DNA from: Edaphobacter sp.
GTDB lineage: Bacteria > Acidobacteriota > Terriglobia > Terriglobales > Acidobacteriaceae
NCBI RefSeq assembly: GCF_028283685.1
Contig: NZ_JAPWKF010000006.1
Location: 85,729-109,728 of the forward strand
DNA: 24,000 nucleotides
Direction: 5' to 3'
The notes beneath the pieces are model-generated. The model saw nothing but the letters and a program-made list of their open reading frames with translations. It was not told where the DNA came from and did not search any database. This document shows positions 12,301 through 19,793 of the stretch, piece after piece (within the stretch, counting starts at the first letter, position 1; every line of letters begins with the position of its first letter). The position numbers and the translations under genes are program-made.

Positions 12301-12592
12301 CATTCCCCAGGTTGGTCGTAACAACCTGTACGCTCCGCGCAACATCGTCTTCGACGCTCGTCTGCAGAAAGACTTCAAGCTCCACGAGAAGTACGACCTG
12401 CAGCTGATCGCCGAGGGCTTCAACCTGGCAAACCACCAGAACATCACCGGCATCAACTCGACGGCGTACACGCTGTCGGGAACGGTCCTCACCCCCCAGA
12501 CCAACTTCGGAACACCGTCGTCGTCGGGTGTGAACAGCAACTATGCCTACCAGGTGCGTCAGTTCCAGTTCGGCGCCCGCATCATGTTCTAA
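9329..12592 (+). CDS. TonB-dependent outer-membrane receptor-like protein with N-terminal carboxypeptidase-regulatory-like domain
   Basis: The track ORF starts at 9098. I place the start at ATG 9329, 10 nt after GGAG at 9315-9318. This yields a signal peptide ([27 protein letters not shown]) followed by a CarboxypepD_reg-like domain ([28 protein letters not shown]...[13 protein letters not shown]). A plug-like region ([36 protein letters not shown]) and a long barrel ending FQFGARIMF follow. Confidence 0.88.
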   Translation: [1087 protein letters not shown]

Positions 12593-12617
12593 ACACTTCC
12601 TTGTTTCAAACCTTGAT

Positions 12618-12650
12618 GGGCGGTGGCTTCGGCTGCCGCCCTTTTTTCTT
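12618..12650 (+). terminator. Rho-independent terminator after the first TBDR gene
   Basis: GGGCGGTGGC-TTCG-GCTGCCGCCC forms a 10-bp stem (including 2 G-T wobbles) with a UUCG tetraloop. It is followed by TTTTTTCTT and lies 26 nt after the stop codon. Confidence 0.85.
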
Positions 12651-12872
12651 GCCTTGATTCCTCCCCCGCACCGCCGCTTTTCTATTCCGCCGGACTCCGC
12701 TAAGCTGCAGCTATCTTCTCCAGCGTTCCCAGAGTTGCTTCTGGCCTGTCCCAGGTTGCTTCCGGACAGTTCAGAGCGCAGCCGGCGCTCGCCTGGAGAA
12801 GGTCGGTCCCACGCGCAACCTTCGTGGTCGAGCAGAGCAGTTTACCGACAGAGATGTGTTTGCGGAGTGGTC

Positions 12873-15800
12873 ATGTTCAAGGGAGTTCCCCGCTCATGGC
12901 GTGGTGTGGCCGTCGGCCGGCGTGTGCGCGTGTGCGCCGCACAGGCATGGATCTGCCTCCTGCTGGCTGCCTCGTGCAGCAGCCTGCAGGCGCAGGTGCC
13001 GGTCGAAGGCGCGCTGCGCGGCACAGCGTTCGATCAGGCCTCCGCCGTCGTGGCCCACGCGCAGGTCACCGTCACCGATCCCTCCCGCGCCCTCCTCTTC
13101 CATACGCTGTGCGATGCTCGCGGAGGCTTCTCCTTCGCGCATCTCCCCGCAGGCAGCTATCGTGTCGTGCTCCAGGCGCAGGGCTTCGCGCCGCAGATCG
13201 TCGATCGCATCATCGTGCAGGGTGGTGGCGCCGCCGAGCTCTCCATCCGGCTGCGCATCGCCGCGGGCCAGGAGACGATCACCGTGCAGGACGATGCCGC
13301 CTCGGTCGATGAGCCCGCAGGCGCTGCCGTCTCCAGCGTAGTGAGCACCGGCGAAATCGACCAGCTTCCCGTCGACGGCCGCCGCTGGCAGAGCTTCGCG
13401 CTGCTGGCCCCGGCGATCGACATGGCCGGCGGAGACGGCGGATCGCCGCTTTTGAGCGCCCGCGGACTCGCCGTCACCCAGAACAGCTCCACGCTCGACG
13501 GTCTTGCCGACGACAACGGCTTCCACGGCGTGGCTCGCGGCGCGCAGAGCCCCGATGACTCCGCGCGCAGCGACGACGCCGACGTAACCCCCGGAGCCGA
13601 GCGCGGAGGGGCGCAGCGCGGCTCCGGTTCGTGGCGGCGCTCCGGCGCGGCCTACAGCTTTCCGCAGGCAGCCGTGCGGGAGTTTCGCGTCAGCACGCAG
13701 AACGGCTCCGCGCTGTACGGTCACGGCGCGGGAGCAACCATCAGGCCACGCTCTCGCGCAGCGGCACAGATACGTTGCACGGCACCGCCTTCTACCTCGC
13801 GCGAACCGATGCGCTATCGGCGACCGATCCCTTCGCCGTGGCGACCACCTATCGCGATGGCGCCATCGCCAGCAGCACCGTAAAGCCGCACGACCTGCGG
13901 CAGCAATTCGGCGGCACGCTGGGAGGCGCCGCCGTGCGCGACCGTTTGTTCTACTTCTATGCCTTCGACGGCCAGCAGCGCGGCTTTGCCGGGATCTCCT
14001 CGCCGGGAGACCCGGCCTTCTACAGCCTCAGCGCAATGCAGCGCGCCCTGCTGGCAAACCGCGGCGTCAGCGCAGCGAAGATCAATGCCGCGCTCAACTA
14101 TCTCGACAGCCTCACCGGCAGGGTCGATCGCCGCGACGACCAGACCATCCACTTCCTCAAGCTCGACTGGCAGGCAGCGAAGCGGCATCGCCTCAGCGTG
14201 CAGTACAACCGCCTGCGCTCGGCAGTGCCTGCGGGTCTGCGCGGCGCGCCCGTGGTCGATCGTGGCGTCGCCAGCCTCGGCAGCGGAGAGACGAAGACCG
14301 ACAGCATCGCAGGCCGCTGGACGTGGGCGATCTCCCCGCACCTGTTCAACGAGCTGCGTTTGGCCCATGGCCGCGATCTCGAATTCGAGCAGCCGCAGAC
14401 GCCCCTGCCGCAGGAGCCCGCCATCGGCCCCGGAGGCTTCGCGCCGGAGATCGCCATCGCGCCCGACGGCTTCAGCTTCGGCACGCCCGCAGGCGTAGGC
14501 CGCCAGGCCTATCCCGACGAGCAGCGCACGCAGCTCATCGAGACCGCGGCGTGGAGCTTCGGCCATCACCTCCTGCAGCTCGGCGTCGAAGGCAGCACAG
14601 CGCACGATGAGGTCAGCGCGCTCAGCAACACCGTCGGCACCTTCCGCTACGACAGCGGTACGACCAACGGTCGTGCGGGTGGGCTCGTCGACTGGATCAC
14701 CGACTACACCTTCAACGTCAGCGCCTACCCCAACGGCGGCTGTCCCACCATCTACGCGGCGGTGCACCTCTTCTGCTTCGAGTCCTTCACGCAGAGCTTC
14801 GGCCGGCAGAGCGTCGCATGGACCACGCGCGATGTCGCGGGCTTCGTGCAGGAGACCTGGCGCCCGCGCGCCACCCTCAGCATCAGCGCCGGTCTGCGTT
14901 ACGAGTACGAGCTGCTGCCCCTGCCGCAGCAGCCTGACGCCGCGCTCGACGCCGCCTTCTCCGATCGCGCCGCCACCAGCATCTTTCCCGAGGATCGCAA
15001 CAACTTCGGGCCGCGCCTGGGCGTGGCGTGGTCGCCCTTCGGCCGGCGCGGCGGCGTCATCCGTCTCGGCTATGGCGTCTACTACGGCCGCGTCACCGGG
15101 GCCACGGTGCGCAGCGCCCTGGTGAACACGGCGCTTCCCGCCTCGTCGCTGCACATCCGCATCACGCCCCAGGCGGTGACGGCCTGCCCGCAGATGCCCA
15201 CCCAGGGCTTCGGCTACGTCTGCTCCTACCTTGCGACACCGCCTGCCGCCGTTGCCTCCACAACCTCGGCCACCGTCTTCAGCCGCCGGTTCCGCACGCC
15301 GATGGTGCAGCAGGGATCGCTCGCGCTCGAACACAGCCTCGGCGGCGGCATCGTCGCCTCGGCGAGCTACCTGATCAACCTCGACCGCCAGCTGCAGGGC
15401 TCGGTCGATCTCAACATCGCGCCCGCCACCCAGACGATGACCTATCGGCTCGTCGGCGGTACAGGCCGCACCGGTGTGCGCAACGGCGAGCAGTTCGTGC
15501 TGCCCGTCTACACCTCGCGTCTCGTCAGCAACTTCGGTCCCGTCACAGCCATCACCTCCGGCGTCGGCGCCAGCTACCACGCGCTCGTGTTGGAGGCGAC
15601 GCGCCGCAGCCGCGCCGGGCTTGAGTTCCGTGCATCATGGACGTGGTCCAAGGCCATCGACGAGGCGCAGAGCGCAGGCGGCTCGCCCGCCGTCAACGCG
15701 CAGCTCGATCCCTTCAACCTGCGTTACGACAAGGGTCTCTCGCGGCTCAACTTTCCCCACAAGGCGGTGGTCAGCGCCGTCTGGTCGCCGCGCGTGGCCG

Positions 15801-16291
15801 GGGGCGACAGCCTGCTGCTGCGCCGCGCCTTCAACGGTTGGACGGCATCGGCCATCTTCTACGAGACCGCGGGCAGGCCCTACAGCTACGAGATCTCCGG
15901 CGGCGACAATCTCTCCGGCGGCCACAGCACCATCAACAACGCAGGCGGCGCCATCTACCTGCCCACCGTCGGTCGCGACACGCTGCGCCTGCCCGATACC
16001 GCGCGGCTCGACCTGCGCATCGCGCGCGTGGTGCACCTCTCGGAGCGCGTCGCCCTGCACGCCACCGTGGAGGCCTTCAACCTCTTCAATCGCGTCAACC
16101 TCACCGGCGTGGAGCAGCGCGCCTTTCTCACCGGCACAGCCTCGGCCGGCGTCATGCCGCTGATCTACCAGGACGCGGCGACGGTTGCTGCCGAGGGGCT
16201 GAACACACGTCCCTTCGGCACTTACACCGCGGCGGGCACCAGCAACACACGCGAGCGCCAGCTGCAGCTCGGCCTGCGGATGGAGTTCTAA
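12873..16291 (+). pseudogene. TonB-dependent receptor-like paralogue (CarboxypepD_reg type) interrupted by a net -1 frame break near 13740-13745
   Basis: Track ORFs 12543-13883 and 13631-16291 are the two halves of one gene. Frame A reads ...AAVREFRVSTQNGSALYGHGAGATI. Frame B continues ...QATLSRSGTDTLHGTAFYLARTDAL. Joined, they align collinearly with the intact paralogue ([41 protein letters not shown]). Likely start is ATG 12873 (GGAG 5-6 nt upstream; signal-like ...AWICLLLAASCSSLQA). The C-terminus LQLGLRMEF is OMP-like. Confidence 0.8.
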
Positions 16292-16446
16292 GCCAACCCT
16301 CCACTTACGGCAGTAAAATCGCCGGGACGGCAATCGCGGATGCGGTTGCGGAGCCCGTGACGGCCTCCGGGCAGGTTGCCGGGCCCCGCCGCGCATCCTA
16401 ATCAGTACAGCAGCATGGCGATCCCGCCACAGGAGGAACGACAGGC

Positions 16447-18357
16447 ATGACAGATGAGCAGAAACTCGAAGAGCACGGGCAGGCGGTCAAGCGTCTGCGG
16501 TCGCTGTTCGACATGCACCATCTCCCGTTCGGAGCGCCCGAGCACCTCGGCGGCCTCCTCGTCAGCCTGCATGAAAGCCGTCACTTCGCCATGGACTTCT
16601 GGTCGCTCGTAAACACGCTCAGCGACTCCGGCAGCGGCTCTCTCAACGAAGACCAGATGCTGCATGCCGTCGTCGAGGCCTCTGCGGGCACCGGCCCCGA
16701 TGCTCTGCCCGAGCACGAGCGCCCCGGCGTGCATGAGCTGCGCCAGATGCTGGCCGGAGTCGATATCGCGCGTCCCGTCGAGCTCCCTGCGCCCATCGCT
16801 GAGCCGGTCGACAGCCTGCTGCCGCGCCGCACGCCTGCGGCAGGCAAGTTCTCCGCCGCGCTCGAAACAGGCGGCCATCATGATCCAGGTGGCTACGGCG
16901 ACCCCGGCATCTACAGTGCTCCCGACAGTCGCAACGATCCTGGCCGTCACGATCATCCAGACCATCACGACGAGATGCTGCGCAAGCGGCGCTCCATCGG
17001 CGATGCGCTCTCCCGGCTCGAACAGAGCACCGGGGAACTGCGCCGCCAGCTGGCCGCGCTCGACGTGCAGATGTCCGAGACAGCCCCGGCCACTGCAACC
17101 GGGCTCGGTTCCGCGCTCGCCGAGATCCATCCCCCGGCTGCGGTCCAGGCTGCGGCCGAAGAGGCGACCGTGGCTCGCTGGAACCGCACCGATGCTCCCG
17201 CCGCACCGCGGCCCGAAGCCGCCGCCGATGAAGAGACGGCGGCATCGCCGCGCGCCGAGGCAATTCCGCCGAAGCCCGCTGCCACGCCCCGTCCCGAGCC
17301 GGTGATCGCCGCCGCCGCGGCTCCCATCGTTTCTCCCACTGCGCCGCCAACCGTTCTGCCCACCGCTCATCTGCCCACCGCCCAGCCAACAGCCCAGCCC
17401 GTCGTCGTACCCCCTGCTGCTGCGCCGTCTCCTACTGCCACCGTGGCTCCCATCGTTGCCGCCGCCCCTCCCGTCGAGGTCTTCGCCCGCCGCGCGACCA
17501 CCACGCAGCGCGGCCTCGCGCTCTCCGATCCCGACGATGACCCCAGCATCAGGGCTCCCTTCTCCGACTACGCCCGCGAGACCGAAGGCCCATCCCCCAC
17601 GCGCAGGGCCATTCCCCTGGTGATCGTTGCTCTGCTGATCGCAGCAGGCTTCGCGGTCTGGTACTCCCAGGCAGGCCATCGGTGGCTTGAACGCGTCGCG
17701 TGGTCCATCCACCATACCTACGACTCGGCGATGGAGCGCAAAGACGATTGGCCCAAGCCCGGCGCCGCAACGCCCGCGCCGGACGCCGGTTCCGCACCGC
17801 AAAACCCCGATCAAAACCCCGCCCAATCTCCCGATCAATCCACCGCCCAGTCCACTGCCCAGTCCACGCCTCCGTCCACTCCCATAACGCCGCCGCAACA
17901 GCCGCAGGCGACCACTCCAGCCGCCTCGGCCCCTGCTCCGTCAGCCACCGCACCAGCGCCGGCACCGCAGACGCCGCCGCAGTCCGCCGCCGATACCCAG
18001 CGCCGCAACCCCGAGACCAGCGATCCCACCCTCCGCGGAAAGATCAGCCAGGCTCCCATCGACGCCGGTGTGCTGCGCGTTCCCGGGTCAACCATGGTGG
18101 CTTATCTCCTCACCTCGCGCGTTCCGGCTTATCCGGAGTCGGCGCGCGCGCTCGAGATCGAAGGCCACGTCACCATGGAGATCGTCGTCTCCGAGACCGG
18201 CGCCGTCCGCTTCGTGCACGTGATCGATGGTGACCGCCATCTGCGGCTCGCAGCCGAGGAGGCCGTCCTGCGCTATCGCTACAAGCCCTACCTGCTCAAC
18301 GGCGAAGCCGTCGAGGTGACGACGACCGTCACCGTCGACTTCCGCCTCCCCGACTAA
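16447..18357 (+). CDS. TonB C-terminal-domain protein with a long (about 387-aa) cytoplasmic N-terminal region
   Basis: ATG 16447 is preceded by AGGAGG. There is a single TM segment (AIPLVIVALLIAAGFAVWY, aa 388-406) and a Pro/Ala/Thr/Gln-rich periplasmic linker (QSTAQSTAQSTPPSTP...). The TonB_C-like end reads VPAYPESARALEIEGHVTMEIVVSETGAVRFVHVIDGDRHLRLAAEEAVLRYRYKPYLLNGEAVEVTTTVTVDFRL. Confidence 0.8.
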   Translation: MTDEQKLEEHGQAVKRLRSLFDMHHLPFGAPEHLGGLLVSLHESRHFAMDFWSLVNTLSDSGSGSLNEDQMLHAVVEASAGTGPDALPEHERPGVHELRQMLAGVDIARPVELPAPIAEPVDSLLPRRTPAAGKFSAALETGGHHDPGGYGDPGIYSAPDSRNDPGRHDHPDHHDEMLRKRRSIGDALSRLEQSTGELRRQLAALDVQMSETAPATATGLGSALAEIHPPAAVQAAAEEATVARWNRTDAPAAPRPEAAADEETAASPRAEAIPPKPAATPRPEPVIAAAAAPIVSPTAPPTVLPTAHLPTAQPTAQPVVVPPAAAPSPTATVAPIVAAAPPVEVFARRATTTQRGLALSDPDDDPSIRAPFSDYARETEGPSPTRRAIPLVIVALLIAAGFAVWYSQAGHRWLERVAWSIHHTYDSAMERKDDWPKPGAATPAPDAGSAPQNPDQNPAQSPDQSTAQSTAQSTPPSTPITPPQQPQATTPAASAPAPSATAPAPAPQTPPQSAADTQRRNPETSDPTLRGKISQAPIDAGVLRVPGSTMVAYLLTSRVPAYPESARALEIEGHVTMEIVVSETGAVRFVHVIDGDRHLRLAAEEAVLRYRYKPYLLNGEAVEVTTTVTVDFRLPD

Positions 18358-18378
18358 ATCCAGAAGCCCGCAAACACA

Positions 18379-18406
18379 AAGGCCCGGAAGCATCGCTCCG
18401 GGCCTT
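18379..18406. terminator. Hairpin between convergent genes (candidate bidirectional terminator)
   Basis: AAGGCCCGGA-AGCATCGC-TCCGGGCCTT is a perfect 10-bp stem. It is followed by CGTCTTGG on the + strand and by TGTGTTTG on the - strand, so the U-tracts are weak. Confidence 0.55.
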
Positions 18407-18412
18407 CGTCTT

Positions 18413-18446
18413 GGTAGTTGGTAGTTAGTGGTTGAAGTTGGTAGTT
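18413..18446. repeat. Degenerate heptamer array (GGTAGTT x3 plus variants) immediately 3' of the GH105-like gene
   Basis: GGTAGTT at 18413-18419, 18420-18426 and 18440-18446, with AGTGGTT and GAAGTT between them. The patch is locally low in GC. Confidence 0.6.
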
Positions 18447-18456
18447 GAATGAAGAA

Positions 18457-19545
18457 CTACTTGGCGTCGTCCGCCACCAGCGCATCGGCTGCCCACATCA
18501 CAGGAGCCTGCCCGTGGAAGTCGCCCGTGCGGCGTCTGCGCTCGTAGTAATACTCCAGCGAGTCCTTCTTGCCCGTGCCCTCGCAGACCTGCGTCACATC
18601 GTGGTTCTGGTCGACATAGCCCACCACGGCAATCCATGCCTTGCGTGCCGCCGGGCCATAGGTCGCGGCATCCAGCCAGCCATGCTTCACGCCCATGATC
18701 ATGCCGTACGCAAACATCGCCGAGGCCGAGCTCTCCGGCCACGCATCGTCCTTGTCGATCAGCTGATGCCACATGCCGTCCTTGCCCTGGTACTTCAGCA
18801 GCGACGACATCATCAGCGTGTAGCCCTTCATAATCCGTGCGCGCTCCGGATGGTTCTCCGGCAGCTCGCTCAGCATCTCGGCCATACCTGCCGCCACCCA
18901 GCCATCGCCGCGGCCCCAGAAGTACTTCACGTCCGGTGCATGGAAGAAGAGTCCGTTCGGCTGCTGCAGCTTATCCAGATAAGCCGCCATCTCCTTCGCA
19001 TCGCGGTCGAGATACTTCTTATCGCCGCTCGCGCGGTACGCCTCCAGCTGCAGCATCGTCAGCATGTACATGTCGTCGATCCAGTAGCGCGTCTCGGCCG
19101 AAAGGCCATCGGGCTGCGGATTCTCCCACTGACGATCGGCCCACCACAGGCCCTCCTTCAGAAACTTCGGATCCTTGGTCTGCCGTGCGATCTCCAGCGG
19201 CGCCACGCCGAAGATGGAGTCGTCCACGTGACGGCGCACCGGGCGACGCTCCGCCTCCGCACCGCCCGGCATCAGCGGCTCAAACTTCTTGATCAGCGCA
19301 TCCCGCAGCGCGGTATCGTGCGTCAGCTCGGCAAACCGCAGCGCGCCATACCAGGCGCAGATCTCCGAGTAGTGAATCGTCTTGGTGTACTGGTGCGGGC
19401 TGGTCACAAAATGATCCGCCAATTGTTTGCCCACGATCTCGGGACTCACACCGGACGGCCAGTCTTGAAAGTAATTCTGCTGCGCCTGCGCGGCAGTCAG
19501 GGAGCCCGCGAGAAGGCATCCGGAGAGAATCAGGTTCAAACGCAT
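18457..19545 (-). CDS. Secreted glycoside hydrolase, GH105/GH88-like (unsaturated rhamnogalacturonyl/glucuronyl hydrolase family)
   Basis: The track start is GTG 19551. I prefer ATG 19545, which has GAGG 5 nt upstream. Signal peptide is MRLNLILSGCLLAGSLTAAQA. Family-like motifs are RYWIDDMYMLTM, FWGRGDGWVAAGM and SASAMFAYGM. Stop TAG at 18459-18457. Confidence 0.8.
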   Translation of the reverse strand: MRLNLILSGCLLAGSLTAAQAQQNYFQDWPSGVSPEIVGKQLADHFVTSPHQYTKTIHYSEICAWYGALRFAELTHDTALRDALIKKFEPLMPGGAEAERRPVRRHVDDSIFGVAPLEIARQTKDPKFLKEGLWWADRQWENPQPDGLSAETRYWIDDMYMLTMLQLEAYRASGDKKYLDRDAKEMAAYLDKLQQPNGLFFHAPDVKYFWGRGDGWVAAGMAEMLSELPENHPERARIMKGYTLMMSSLLKYQGKDGMWHQLIDKDDAWPESSASAMFAYGMIMGVKHGWLDAATYGPAARKAWIAVVGYVDQNHDVTQVCEGTGKKDSLEYYYERRRRTGDFHGQAPVMWAADALVADDAK

Positions 19546-19793
19546 CGACACCTCATTAAGCTTGGATCGTTGTATTTATACGGCCGGGGCCATTCTAAAC
19601 AGGTGGACCTACCACTGCATACCCACATCGCGGACAGCGTACCCTTCATGCAAAAAGCGCCCGCCCGGCACGGCGGCTGACATCCCCCGCGCTCCGCATC
19701 GAGGAGGCAGGGCCTGCCCCCCGCAGCGCACCGCGTTTCATCGCCCAAACCCCTCCGTTCTATCCTTAACCCTGAGGCAGCGACAACTCTTAC

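Noticed and set aside
13737-13747. Programmed -1 ribosomal frameshift in the second TBDR gene
   Set aside because: There is no slippery X-XXY-YYZ heptamer and no obvious downstream pseudoknot or hairpin at the correct spacing. A simple indel is more parsimonious.
16402-17898. 498-aa minus-strand ORF, plus the other long overlapping ORFs at 13814-15580 (-), 6027-7616 (+), 2396-3961 (-), 19812-20987 (-), 18445-19680 (+), 9239-10537 (-), 8031-8873 (+) and 683-1339 (-)
   Set aside because: Each lies opposite or out of frame to a gene with strong family signatures. Their products are Arg/Gly/Ala/Pro-rich low-complexity translations expected from high GC. There is no independent support for overlapping genes.
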